Shown piece after piece: positions 21,291 to 31,236 of a stretch of DNA of 64,000 bases; position 1 is the first letter of the stretch, and each line of letters starts with the position of its first letter. A program made the translations under genes and the position numbers. The notes below the pieces were generated by a model that saw nothing but the letters and a program-made list of their open reading frames with translations, did no database searches and was not told the DNA's origin. Origin of the DNA: an uncultured Collinsella sp. (GTDB taxonomy: Bacteria > Actinomycetota > Coriobacteriia > Coriobacteriales > Coriobacteriaceae); the NCBI GenBank assembly GCA_902491395.1, contig CABUHO010000004.1, forward strand, positions 32,049-96,048, read 5' to 3'.

Positions 21291-21404
21291 GCCGTTCTGG
21301 GCCTGTTTTTGGTGCGGATTGGCTATAAATAGGTCACAGGCTCAGCATTTCGCGTTCCTTCTCTCCTTTTAGGTGTTGCCTGTTCGGCTTTGAAAGGAGA
21401 GGCT

Positions 21405-22181
21405 ATGCCCCGATGCGCCCGCGAAATTTCGCTCACCGGCTATTACCACGTCTTTGACCGCGGCAACTCCAAACAGATCATTTTTGAAGATGATTCCGAC
21501 CGGTATCGTTTCTTATCGGACATCTCGGACAGGTTTGCGTGCCATGACGTGGCGGTGTTGGCCTGGTGCCTTATGGACAACCACTTCCATTTGATGGTTG
21601 ATGATCCATATGACAACCTTTCAAAGGCAATGCAGTGCGCGCTGACGGCCTATGCCAAGTATTTCAATGGGAAAACCGGAAGAACGGGCCATCTGTTTGA
21701 TAATCGCTATTCGCGGGTCGCGGTCGAGTCGGACACGCAGGCGGTCCAGTTGCTCGATTATATCCATCTCAATCCTGTGAAAGGCGCGCTCGACTCGCTC
21801 GATGCGTACCGCTGGTCAAGCTTCAAGGCATATCAGCTGGGCTACGATCCCTTTGATATCTGCGATGCGGCTCCCATGCTCGATATTGTCGGGGGTTCCC
21901 GTCGCTATTGCGAGCATCTTAAGGAAGTTGCCGGGTGCATCTGGTCAGTGGAGGTTCTTCCACGCCGGCGGATCCCCGATGAGGAGGCCCTTTCCGTTGC
22001 GCGTGAAGTCCTGCCGAGCATAGATCCTGCGCTGCTCAAGGCCCTGCCGCGGCACGAACGCGATGCCTGTCTGCTGAGGCTCAGACGGGCGCATCTCACG
22101 GTCAAGCAAATTGCCCGTATCACCGGTATCGGCGCTACAAGCGTGACCAAGGCCACTGCAGGCTGGAATGAGGCTGCGTGA
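21405..22181 (+). CDS. REP-associated tyrosine transposase (RAYT/TnpA-REP, HUH Y1 family) with C-terminal HTH
   Basis: YHVFDRGN, WCLMDNHFHL (HUH), GHLFDNRY, YIHLNPVKG (catalytic Tyr) and YRWSSF motifs; C-terminal LTVKQIARITGIG HTH; no tnpB. Confidence 0.92.
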   Translation: MPRCAREISLTGYYHVFDRGNSKQIIFEDDSDRYRFLSDISDRFACHDVAVLAWCLMDNHFHLMVDDPYDNLSKAMQCALTAYAKYFNGKTGRTGHLFDNRYSRVAVESDTQAVQLLDYIHLNPVKGALDSLDAYRWSSFKAYQLGYDPFDICDAAPMLDIVGGSRRYCEHLKEVAGCIWSVEVLPRRRIPDEEALSVAREVLPSIDPALLKALPRHERDACLLRLRRAHLTVKQIARITGIGATSVTKATAGWNEAA

Positions 22182-22243
22182 GGCGGGGATTAGGGCCGAT
22201 CGGCGCGCCGTGGGTTCATCGGTGCGCTGCAAGCTTGGGAAAG

Positions 22244-22305
22244 CGCTCATCTAAGTCTGTCCCCAATGCGTGAAAACACTCATGTAAGCCTGTCCCCAAT
22301 GAGTG
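22244..22305 (-). repeat. REP-like array 3 (two units), right flank of RAYT, inverted
   Basis: Minus strand reads cactcat-TGGGGACAGGCTTAC-atgagtg-tttt-cacgcat-TGGGGACAGACTTAG-atgagcg. Confidence 0.92.
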
Positions 22306-22306
22306 C

Positions 22307-22340
22307 AAAAAAGGCGCCCTCCGTGGGGGAGGACGCCTTT
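22307..22340 (-). terminator. rpmB terminator
   Basis: Minus strand aaaggcgtcctcc...ggagggcgcctttttt. Confidence 0.8.
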
Positions 22341-22408
22341 GGTAAGTTCTATGTGAACGCGAGGTCTTTGACCCGGAGAGTCCGAGGTACTTGTTGGTAA
22401 GACCTTAT

Positions 22409-22597
22409 TTAGGAGCGCGCAACCTTGCCGGACTTGAGGCAGGTGGAGCAAACGTTCATCTTGCGACGGTGACCATCGACAACAACATAGACGCGCTGGA
22501 TGTTGGGGCGGAACTTACGATTGGTGACGCGGTGAGAGTGGCTGATGGAGCGACCGGCAACGGGGTGCTTACCGCAAACTTCGCAAACTTTGGACAT
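22409..22597 (-). CDS. rpmB: 50S ribosomal protein L28 (Cys-containing form)
   Basis: MSKVCEVCGK..ISHSHRVTNRKFRPNIQ..VCSTCLKSGKV; AGGAGG RBS. Confidence 0.98.
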   Translation of the reverse strand: MSKVCEVCGKHPVAGRSISHSHRVTNRKFRPNIQRVYVVVDGHRRKMNVCSTCLKSGKVARS

Positions 22598-22903
22598 AAC
22601 TGACCCTCCTTGGGCGACAAACGAACATGTCGCGTTAACAAACAAGCCTGAACTATAGCACAGAAGCAGCTCCCTGTGCGTAATCTACACAGAGATATTC
22701 CTCTTATGGCGATAGTGCCCACGCTACGGCCCTGGACGTAGATCCGATTTGCGTGCAGCAGAGGGGATTATGCCAGCTCGTGCGTGCGTTTTCAAGCTCG
22801 TCCCACAAATATATATAGGTTTATTGAGCGTAGGGCTCCGTTTACGGATTGCTCTGTATTTATGCTCGCAATTAAGCTCAAGGTTGGCTACACTATCCCT
22901 TGA

Positions 22904-23010
22904 CCATTAAAGGGGTACGAGATACCCACATGGAATTACATAGCTGCCAAAGAGCAGCCCTTCCTGTGGGTGTCTGGTCCGCTTTGAGCGGTCGGGCATC
23001 TATTTTTTTT
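22904..23010 (+). promoter_or_regulatory. PyrR-type attenuator leader
   Basis: CCATTAA...gggta-CGAGA-taccc..ATGG stem-loop resembles a PyrR binding loop; followed by a GC hairpin and T8 tract (22969-23010) before pyrR. Confidence 0.72.
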
Positions 23011-23037
23011 GACTGTGTCAGCAGTCAAGACATGTGA

Positions 23038-23634
<597 letters not shown>

Positions 23635-23638
23635 TACC

Positions 23639-24583
23639 GTGGCGTTCAACCATAAGCACCTGATCGACATTACCGAGTACTCCGAAGAGGACATCAAGCT
23701 CATCCTCGAGACCGCCAAGGCGTTCTCCGAGGTCAACGAGCGTGCGATCAAAAAGGTCCCCACGCTCAAGGGCAAGACCATCGTCAACATGTTTAACGAG
23801 CCCTCGACGCGCACGCGCAGCTCCTTCGAGCTTGCCGAGAAGCGTCTTTCGGCCGACAGCCTCAACTTTGGCGGCTCCTCGACCTCCACGGTCAAGGGCG
23901 AGAGCCTCGTCGATACCGTCGAGACCCTCAACGCCTATAAGATCGACTGCATCGTCGTGCGCGACAAGCACGCCGGCGCGCCCTACATCGTCACGCAGAA
24001 CTCGCCCGCGAGCGTCATCTGCGCCGGCGACGGCAAGCACAACCACCCCACGCAGGCCCTGCTCGACCTGTACACCATCTGGGAGCACAAGGGCGACTTC
24101 CACGGTCTGAAGGTCGCCGTCGTCGGCGATATCGCGCACTCCCGTGTCTGCGGCTCGCTGATCCCCGCCCTTAAGATCATGGGCTGCGAGACCTACGCCG
24201 TCGCCCCCGGCACGCTGCTGCCGCCGGCGCCCGAGGTCCTGGGCTGCGACCACGTGACGAGCGACCTCGATTCCGTCCTGCCCGAGCTGGACGTCGTCTA
24301 CATGCTGCGCGTGCAGCAGGAGCGCCTCGAGGGCGCTCCGTTCCCGACCATTCGTGAGTACCACAAGCTCTTCGGCCTGACCAAGGACCGCGAGAAGCTC
24401 ATGAAGCCCGACGCGATCATCTGTCACCCGGGCCCCATCAACCGCGGCGTTGAGTTCGACTCCTATATGGCCGACCACCCGCAACGCTCCGTCATCCTGG
24501 AGCAGGTCTACGCCGGTATCTGCGTGCGTATGGCTATCCTGTATCTGCTGCTTGGAGGTGCCGATAATGGCCTTGCTTCTTAA
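23639..24583 (+). CDS. pyrB: Aspartate carbamoyltransferase catalytic subunit
   Basis: EPSTRTRSSFE, HPTQALLD and HPGPINRGVE motifs. Confidence 0.98.
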   Translation: MAFNHKHLIDITEYSEEDIKLILETAKAFSEVNERAIKKVPTLKGKTIVNMFNEPSTRTRSSFELAEKRLSADSLNFGGSSTSTVKGESLVDTVETLNAYKIDCIVVRDKHAGAPYIVTQNSPASVICAGDGKHNHPTQALLDLYTIWEHKGDFHGLKVAVVGDIAHSRVCGSLIPALKIMGCETYAVAPGTLLPPAPEVLGCDHVTSDLDSVLPELDVVYMLRVQQERLEGAPFPTIREYHKLFGLTKDREKLMKPDAIICHPGPINRGVEFDSYMADHPQRSVILEQVYAGICVRMAILYLLLGGADNGLAS

Positions 24584-25856
24584 GAATGCCCACGTCGTCG
24601 ACCCGTCCGTCGAGCTTGACGGTGTCGTTGACGTCCTTATCGACGGCGACAAGATCGCCGAGGTCGGTGAGAACCTCGCCGCCGAGGGAGCCGAGGTCCG
24701 CGACCTTTCCGGTAAGTACCTCGTCCCTGGCCTGGTGGACATGCACGTCCACCTGCGCGAGCCCGGCTACGAGGTAAAAGAGGACATCGAGAGCGGCACC
24801 CGCGCAGCTGCCAAGGGCGGCTTCACCGGCGTGTGCGCCATGCCCAACACCGACCCCGTCACCGATAACGGTACCGTCGTTGAGTTCGTCAAGTCCCGCG
24901 CTGCCGAGGTCGGCCACTGCCGCGTCTATCCTTCTGGCGCCATGACCCGTGGTCTTAAGGGCGAGGCCATGTCCGAGATGGGCGATATGGTCGCCCACGG
25001 CGCCGTCGCCTTCACCGACGACGGTCGCGGCGTGCAGGGCGCAGGCATGCTTCGTCGCTGCATGGACTACGGCAAGATGTTCGGCAAGGTCTTTATGAGC
25101 CACTGCCAGGACGAGGACCTGGTCGGCCACGGCCAGATCAACGAGGGCAAGGTCTCTACCCGTTTGGCTCTCGAGGGCTGGCCGGCTGCCGGCGAGGAGC
25201 TCCAGATCGCCCGCGACATCGAGATCGCCAAGCTGACCGGCGCCAAGCTGCACATCCAGCACATCTCCACCGCCCATGGCTTGGAGATCGTGCGTGCCGG
25301 TAAGGCCGCTGGCGTTCAGGTTACCTGCGAGGCCACCCCGCACCACATGTTCCTGACCGAGAACGACCTGGACGAGACCTACAACACCTCGCTCAAGGTC
25401 AACCCGCCGCTGCGTACCGAGGAGGATGCCGAGGCCATCCGCCAGGGCGTCATCGACGGCACCGTCGACGCTATCGTCACTGATCACGCTCCCCACACCC
25501 CGTGGGAGAAGGCCCGTGAGTTCGAGCTTGCGCCCTTCGGCATGATCGGCCTCGAGACCTCGCTGTCGCTCGTACTCACCGAGCTGGTCAACACGGGCAA
25601 GATGAGCGTGGGCCGCATGGTCGAGCTCATGGCCATCAAGCCGCGTGAGATTCTGGGTCTCGACCAGGTTCAGGTCAAGGCGGGCTCCGTTGCCGACCTG
25701 ACCGTGTTCGACCCCTCTGCCACCTGGACGGTCGGCGAGGACGGTTACGAGTCGCGCGCCGAGAACTCCGGTTTTGCCGGCCGCACGCTTACCGGTCGTG
25801 CCACCGATGTGTTTGTCGGCGGTAAGCAGACGCTCGCCGATGGCTGCATCTGCTAG
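24567..25856 (+). CDS. pyrC: Dihydroorotase
   Basis: DMHVHLREPG, MPNTDP, KVNPPLR and TDHAPH motifs. Confidence 0.97.
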   Translation: MALLLKNAHVVDPSVELDGVVDVLIDGDKIAEVGENLAAEGAEVRDLSGKYLVPGLVDMHVHLREPGYEVKEDIESGTRAAAKGGFTGVCAMPNTDPVTDNGTVVEFVKSRAAEVGHCRVYPSGAMTRGLKGEAMSEMGDMVAHGAVAFTDDGRGVQGAGMLRRCMDYGKMFGKVFMSHCQDEDLVGHGQINEGKVSTRLALEGWPAAGEELQIARDIEIAKLTGAKLHIQHISTAHGLEIVRAGKAAGVQVTCEATPHHMFLTENDLDETYNTSLKVNPPLRTEEDAEAIRQGVIDGTVDAIVTDHAPHTPWEKAREFELAPFGMIGLETSLSLVLTELVNTGKMSVGRMVELMAIKPREILGLDQVQVKAGSVADLTVFDPSATWTVGEDGYESRAENSGFAGRTLTGRATDVFVGGKQTLADGCIC

Positions 25857-25948
25857 CATAGCCTTATCGCTTTTGTGCGCGGTGCCCTTGCGGTGCCGCG
25901 CTTTCTGTTCGCCTGAACCATGCAACCGCATGGGGGATTGGAGCGTCT

Positions 25949-26740
25949 ATGCCCACACCTTCCACTGCACGCATGCACGACTTCGAGGTCGTCTCGAACC
26001 AGGAGATCGCCGACGGCATCTTCTCGCTCGTTATCTCGGCCCCCAAGCTTGCAAGTGCGCTCAAGCCCGGCCAGTTTGTGAACATTGCCGTGCCCGGCGA
26101 TGCGTCCTCGCTGCTTCGCGTGCCCCTGAGCTTCTATCGCGCCGACGCCCAAGCCGGCACCGTCGAGCTGTGGTACGCCGTTGTGGGCGACGACACCCGT
26201 CGTCTGTCGCAGATGGCCCCCGGTTCCACCTCTAATCTGCTGGGCCCTGGCGGCCGCGGCTGGCTTGTGCCCGAGGGCACTAGGAAGGCGCTGCTCGTTG
26301 CGGGCGGCATCGGTGTTCCGCCCGTGCTGTGCCTTGCCGGCAAGCTTGCCGAGCAGGGTGTGGCCGTCGACGTGTGCCTGGGCTTTGGCACCGCGTCCAA
26401 GGCCGTGGGAGTCGAAGAGTTCCGCGCGCTGGGCGCCACGGTCAACGTGTGCACCGACGACGGCTCGCTCGGCACGCACGGTTTTTGCACCGACCCGGCA
26501 GCCGAGCTGCTTGGAGAGGGCGGCTACGACTACGTCGCCAGCTGCGGTCCCGCCGTCATGATGAAGAAGGTCGCCGCCGCTGCCGCCGAGGCCGGTGCGT
26601 ACTGCGAGGTGTCGCTCGAGCGCATGATGAGCTGTGGCTTTGGCGCCTGCAACACCTGCAATGTCGAGACGGTCGACGGTATGAAGGGTGCTTGCATGTG
26701 CGGCCCCGTGTTCGATGCTTCCAAGGTGGTGGTCTTCTAG
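25949..26740 (+). CDS. pyrK: Dihydroorotate dehydrogenase electron transfer subunit
   Basis: PGQFV, AGGIGVPP and SLERMMSCGFGACNTC (2Fe-2S) motifs. Confidence 0.95.
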   Translation: MPTPSTARMHDFEVVSNQEIADGIFSLVISAPKLASALKPGQFVNIAVPGDASSLLRVPLSFYRADAQAGTVELWYAVVGDDTRRLSQMAPGSTSNLLGPGGRGWLVPEGTRKALLVAGGIGVPPVLCLAGKLAEQGVAVDVCLGFGTASKAVGVEEFRALGATVNVCTDDGSLGTHGFCTDPAAELLGEGGYDYVASCGPAVMMKKVAAAAAEAGAYCEVSLERMMSCGFGACNTCNVETVDGMKGACMCGPVFDASKVVVF

Positions 26741-27663
26741 TGGGTACCGTGAACATGACCGTCGATTTCGGCGGCGTCAAGATGCAGAACCCCATCAACA
26801 CCGCAGCCGGTACCTTTGGCTACGGTTGGCAGTTCCAGAACTTCTTTGATGTTTCCCAGCTGGGCGCCATCACCACCAAGGGTTGCGCTGCCGAGCCCTG
26901 GCCCGGCAATCCCGCGCCCCGCATGGCCGAGATTCCCGGCGGCATGATCAACTCCGTGGGCCTTCAGAACCCCGGCGTGGCCGCCTTTGCCCGCGAGTCC
27001 GGTCCGTGGCTCGAACAGCTGTCCAAGGACGGCTGCCAGGTCATCTGTCAGGTTGCCGGCCACTCCGTTGACGAGTTTGTCCGCGCACTCGAGATGTATG
27101 TCGAGCTGTGCCCCTGGGCCGCCGGCTACGAGATCAACGTGAGCTGCCCTAATATCGCCGCCGGCGGTGCCGCCATGGGATCAACGCCCGAGGGCGCCTC
27201 CTCCGTTATGGCTGCCTGCCGCAAGGTGACCGATAAGCCGCTGTTCGTGAAGATGGCACCGGTCAACGTCGCCGAGATCGCCAAGGCCCTCGAGGCTGCC
27301 GGCGCCGACGGCCTTTCGGTCATCAACTCCATCCAGGGTATGGCTATCGACGTCCATACCCGCAAGTCCCGCGTGGCCAAGCCCAAGGGCGGCCTTTCGG
27401 GCCCGCTGTGCCACCACATCGCCGTGCGCATGGTCTGGGAGGTTGCCCAGGCCGTCGATATCCCCATCAACGGTGTCGGCGGTGTCATGACCGGCGAGGA
27501 TGCGGCTGAGTTTATCCTGGCCGGCGCCACCTGCGTGTCGGTCGGCATGGCCAACTTCGTCGATCCGTGTGCTTCGCTTAAGATCGCGCATGAGCTCGAG
27601 GCCTGGGCCGAGTCCCAGGGCGTAAAGGACATCAACGAGCTGGTGGGTGCTTTCGAATGCTAG
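26740..27663 (+). CDS. pyrD: Dihydroorotate dehydrogenase, class 1B catalytic subunit
   Basis: AGTFGYG, GNPAPR, NSVGLQNPG, EINVSCPN and GGLSGP motifs; GTG start overlaps the pyrK stop. Confidence 0.96.
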   Translation: MGTVNMTVDFGGVKMQNPINTAAGTFGYGWQFQNFFDVSQLGAITTKGCAAEPWPGNPAPRMAEIPGGMINSVGLQNPGVAAFARESGPWLEQLSKDGCQVICQVAGHSVDEFVRALEMYVELCPWAAGYEINVSCPNIAAGGAAMGSTPEGASSVMAACRKVTDKPLFVKMAPVNVAEIAKALEAAGADGLSVINSIQGMAIDVHTRKSRVAKPKGGLSGPLCHHIAVRMVWEVAQAVDIPINGVGGVMTGEDAAEFILAGATCVSVGMANFVDPCASLKIAHELEAWAESQGVKDINELVGAFEC

Positions 27664-28373
27664 AGAATGATGCCCGCGACCGTGTTATCGTCGCCCTCGA
27701 CTGCGACCGTGAGCGCGCGCTCGAGCTCGCCCACGAGCTTTCGGGCCATGCCGCCTGGCTCAAGGTCGGCATGACGCTCTATTACGCTGAGGGTCCCCAG
27801 ATCGTCAAGACCTTTAAGGACCTTGGCTTTAAGGTCTTCCTCGACCTTAAGTTCCATGACATTCCGCATCAGGTGCGCGGCGCTGCCCGCTCGGCCTCGC
27901 TTGCCGGTGCCGACCTGCTTTCGGTCCACGGCCTGGGCTCGGGTGCTATGCTCGCTGCCTGCCGCGAGGGTGCCGAGGAGGCGCGTGAGGACCGCGCCAA
28001 GCTCGTCGCCATCACCGTGCTCACGAGCATGAATCAGGATGCCTTGAGCGAGATCGGCGTCGAGTCGCCCGTGGCCGAGGAGGCCGCCCGCTTGGCAAAG
28101 CTTGCTCAGGCCAACGGCATCGATGGCATCGTGTGCTCACCGATGGAGGCTCACGACATGCGTGAGCTGCTGGGTCCTGATGCCCTGATCGTGACTCCGG
28201 GTGTGCGTCCGGTGGGTGCCGCCCTTGGTGACCAGTCCCGCGTGGCGACGCCTTCCCAGGCTATCGAGCGTGGCGCAAGCCACATTGTGGTGGGCCGTCC
28301 CATCACCGGTGCCGACGATCCGGTTGCTGCCTTTGACGCCATCGTCGCCGAGCTGGTCGAAAACGTCGCGTAA
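27657..28373 (+). CDS. pyrF: Orotidine-5'-phosphate decarboxylase
   Basis: VFLDLKFHDIP, TPGVRP and VVGRPIT motifs. Confidence 0.97.
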   Translation: MLENDARDRVIVALDCDRERALELAHELSGHAAWLKVGMTLYYAEGPQIVKTFKDLGFKVFLDLKFHDIPHQVRGAARSASLAGADLLSVHGLGSGAMLAACREGAEEAREDRAKLVAITVLTSMNQDALSEIGVESPVAEEAARLAKLAQANGIDGIVCSPMEAHDMRELLGPDALIVTPGVRPVGAALGDQSRVATPSQAIERGASHIVVGRPITGADDPVAAFDAIVAELVENVA

Positions 28374-28612
28374 AAGATTCCCCTAAGTCACCACTTTTGG
28401 GTCTCATTAGCACAAAATAGCCCCTGTGCCTGCGTAAACTTTCCCATCCTTTGTGTGGAATCGCAGGTCAGGGGCTTAACTTTGGGCGCAGTATATTGCA
28501 CTTTTTGCGGGTATCGTCTAACCTATGGAGCCGCGATTAGGCATTTTATACGTTCTACGTGCTAAAATGCCAATTATTGAATCAGATATAACCCAACTAT
28601 TTGGAGGTACGA

Positions 28613-28921
28613 ATGGCACTCCCTCAGCTTACCGACGAGCAGCGCAAGCAGGCTCTTGAGAAGGCTGCTGCCGCACGTCACGCCCGCGCTGAGCTTCGCG
28701 AGCAGATCAAGAAGGGCGAGAAGTCCCTCGAGTCCGTGCTCAACTCCGATGACCCCATCGCTTCTCGCATGAAGGTTTCCACCCTCATCGAGTCTCTCCC
28801 CGGTTATGGCAAGGCCAAGGCCGCCAAGATCATGGAGGAGCTCGGTATCTCCGCTACTCGTCGCGTCCAGGGCCTCGGCGTCCGTCAGCGCGAGCAGCTC
28901 CTCGAGCAGCTGACCAAATAA
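28613..28921 (+). CDS. mihF: Actinobacterial integration host factor (mIHF)
   Basis: MALPQLTDEQRKQALEKAAAARHARAE..KVSTLIESLPGYGKAKA; directly precedes gmk. Confidence 0.95.
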   Translation: MALPQLTDEQRKQALEKAAAARHARAELREQIKKGEKSLESVLNSDDPIASRMKVSTLIESLPGYGKAKAAKIMEELGISATRRVQGLGVRQREQLLEQLTK

Positions 28922-29491
28922 GTGAGCGCTCAGGATTCCAAGCTCTTTGTGATTTCTGGACCGTCAGGCGCAGGCAAGGGTACGCTCGTCACTCGTGTGC
29001 GCGAGCGCCGCTCGAACCTGGGTCTGACGGTTTCGGCTACCACGCGAGCACCACGCAAAGGTGAGGTCGACGGCGTCAACTACTTTTTTCTGACGCGCGA
29101 GGAGTTCGACCGCCGCGTGGCAAACGGTGAGTTTGTTGAGTGGGCCGAGGTCCACGGTAACTGCTACGGCACGTTGGTGAGCGAGGTCACATCCAAGCTC
29201 GCCTCGGGCTCGTCTCTGATTTTGGAGATCGATGTCCAGGGCGCCCTGCAGGTGAAGGAGCGTTTCCCCGAGGCCGTGCTGATCTTTATCAAGCCGCCTT
29301 CGCTTGAGGTGCTCCGCGAGCGTCTAGTCGGTCGCGGTACCGAGACGCCCGAGACGATTGAGCTGCGTATGGCAAACGCCGCCGATGAGCTTGCCCTTGC
29401 CGACCGCTACGACGACGTCGTGGTGAATGACGATCTCGACCGCGCGACCGATGAGCTCGTTCGCGTTCTCGATATGCATGAAAGGATCTGA
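28922..29491 (+). CDS. gmk: Guanylate kinase
   Basis: SGPSGAGKGT, TTRAPRKGEVDGVNYFF and EIDVQGA motifs. Confidence 0.98.
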   Translation: MSAQDSKLFVISGPSGAGKGTLVTRVRERRSNLGLTVSATTRAPRKGEVDGVNYFFLTREEFDRRVANGEFVEWAEVHGNCYGTLVSEVTSKLASGSSLILEIDVQGALQVKERFPEAVLIFIKPPSLEVLRERLVGRGTETPETIELRMANAADELALADRYDDVVVNDDLDRATDELVRVLDMHERI

Positions 29492-29496
29492 GGTCC

Positions 29497-29778
29497 GTGT
29501 CCGTTGTAAAGCCTTGCATTGACGATCTTCTGGAGAAGACCGATCACAACCGCTTCCTGCTCGCTTCGCTTGCCTCCAAGCGCGCCTGCGACATCAATAG
29601 CATGCTGCGTGGCCAGCACAACCGCGTGCTTGCCGTCCAGGATGTCGATGACATCACCATCGGGCTTTCCGGTGCCGATACCATCTCGATGGCTATGGAC
29701 GAGATTGTCGACGGCGACATCTCTTATGACGAGGCCCGTTACGAGAAGGCGCTCGGCCACAAGGTTGCTGAAGCCTAA
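29497..29778 (+). CDS. rpoZ: RNA polymerase omega subunit
   Basis: PCIDDLLEKTDHNRFLLASLASKRA; directly after gmk. Confidence 0.88.
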   Translation: MSVVKPCIDDLLEKTDHNRFLLASLASKRACDINSMLRGQHNRVLAVQDVDDITIGLSGADTISMAMDEIVDGDISYDEARYEKALGHKVAEA

Positions 29779-31023
29779 ATGGCGGCTCGCGTCTGCCTAG
29801 TCCACTATCACGAGGTTGGGCTGAAGGGCAAGAACCGCGCACATTTTGAGCATATCCTCATGGATAACATCAAGGCGGCCTTGGCCGCCTTTTCCGTGAA
29901 TGCCGTGTCTCGAATTTCCGGTTATATCCTCGTGACCTTTAACGAGCATCAGGCCGACGAGGCGGCGCGTGTCATTCGCACCGTTCCCGGCGTTGCCCGT
30001 GTGTCTTTGGCGTATCACACCAACCGCGACCCGCAGGAGTACTGCGCCGCCGCCGTGAAGGCGCTGCGCGAGTTTGGTTCCTTCGATTCGTTTAAGGTGC
30101 ACGCCAAGCGCTCCAATACTGACTATGAGCTCACCTCGATCGATATCAATCGTCAGGTGGGCGAGGTACTGTGTGAGGCCTTCCCCGATAAAAAGGTTCA
30201 AATGCACGACCCCGATGCAATGGTGCACGTACTGGTGGTCCAGGGTAGCGTTTACGTGTATGCACGCTCCGAGCGCGGCGTGGGCGGTCTGCCGGTGGGT
30301 TCTGCCGGCAAGGTCATGACGCTGCTGTCCTCGGGTATCGATTCTCCGGTGGCGACCTGGATGCTCGCGCGCCGCGGCGCGGTTTGCGTGCCGGTACATT
30401 TCTCCGGTCGTCCGCAGACGCCCGATACGAGTGAGTATTTGGTGCAGGACATCATCCGTGCGCTTGAGCCGGGTGTCCAGATCGGCCGCCTGTACGTGGT
30501 GCCGTTTGGCGACTGCCAGCGTGAGATTTCGGTCACCTGTCCCAGCAACCTGCGCGTGATCATGTATCGCCGCATTATGTATTCGGTTGCTGAGCACATT
30601 GCACACATCGAGGGTGCCAAGGCCATCGTTACGGGCGAATCGCTTGGACAGGTTGCCTCCCAAACGCTTGAGAACATCATGGCCGTCAACGAGGCCGTGA
30701 AGATCCCCGTGTTCCGTCCTCTCATCGGTTCGGACAAGCAGGAGATCATCGCGCGCGCCGAGGAGATCGGTACGTTCGATATCTCGACTGAGGCCGCTCC
30801 CGACTGCTGCACGCTGTTTATGCCGCGCCGTCCCGAGACGCACGCTAAACTCGATGCCGTGCATGAGGCCTGGGAGTTGTTCGATCACGAGGAGATGATC
30901 GAGCGCTTGCTCAAGCAGACCGAGTACATCGACTTCGAGAGCAACACGTACAAGGCCCCCAAGACCTTAAAACGCAAACATTCGGAGCTTGCTCCACGTG
31001 AGATTTACCAAGATCACGAATAA
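29779..31023 (+). CDS. thiI: tRNA 4-thiouridine synthase ThiI
   Basis: EVGLKGKNR, THUMP domain, LLSSGIDSPVA, TGESLGQVASQT and DCC motifs. Confidence 0.96.
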   Translation: MAARVCLVHYHEVGLKGKNRAHFEHILMDNIKAALAAFSVNAVSRISGYILVTFNEHQADEAARVIRTVPGVARVSLAYHTNRDPQEYCAAAVKALREFGSFDSFKVHAKRSNTDYELTSIDINRQVGEVLCEAFPDKKVQMHDPDAMVHVLVVQGSVYVYARSERGVGGLPVGSAGKVMTLLSSGIDSPVATWMLARRGAVCVPVHFSGRPQTPDTSEYLVQDIIRALEPGVQIGRLYVVPFGDCQREISVTCPSNLRVIMYRRIMYSVAEHIAHIEGAKAIVTGESLGQVASQTLENIMAVNEAVKIPVFRPLIGSDKQEIIARAEEIGTFDISTEAAPDCCTLFMPRRPETHAKLDAVHEAWELFDHEEMIERLLKQTEYIDFESNTYKAPKTLKRKHSELAPREIYQDHE

Positions 31024-31236
31024 ATTTGTGCATAGACCGACGATGCGCCTGCATCGTCGGTCTTTTGCTATCTGGGCATTTTGCGACTAAGTGTTCATTT
31101 GCTGACGTGTGCCTGAATAAATGGACATTATTTCGCAAGGTTTTGGTCAGCTTTTGGTTTGACCGCGAAAACCGGTTTTGGGGCGTGGCTGTTGTGGAGC
31201 TCCTTTCCTGACACGATGGTGTTGGGAGGTTTTGCT

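Larger units (their letters stand above)
15649..22305. mobile_element. Putative RAYT-associated composite unit (ABC exporter + TetR + RAYT) bounded by inverted REP-like arrays
   Basis: Outer arrays are inverted relative to each other, and the internal array is a direct repeat of the left one; the unit lies between the core genes adhE and rpmB. Mobility itself is inferred. Confidence 0.55.

Noticed and set aside
21405..22181. IS200/IS605 insertion sequence
   Set aside because: The protein is longer than IS200 TnpA, has RAYT motifs (YIHLNPV, YRWSS) and a C-terminal HTH, and has no tnpB.
28419..28478. Imperfect hairpin between pyrF and mihF as an ncRNA
   Set aside because: Single copy with no supporting family features; plausibly a terminator or promoter-upstream element.
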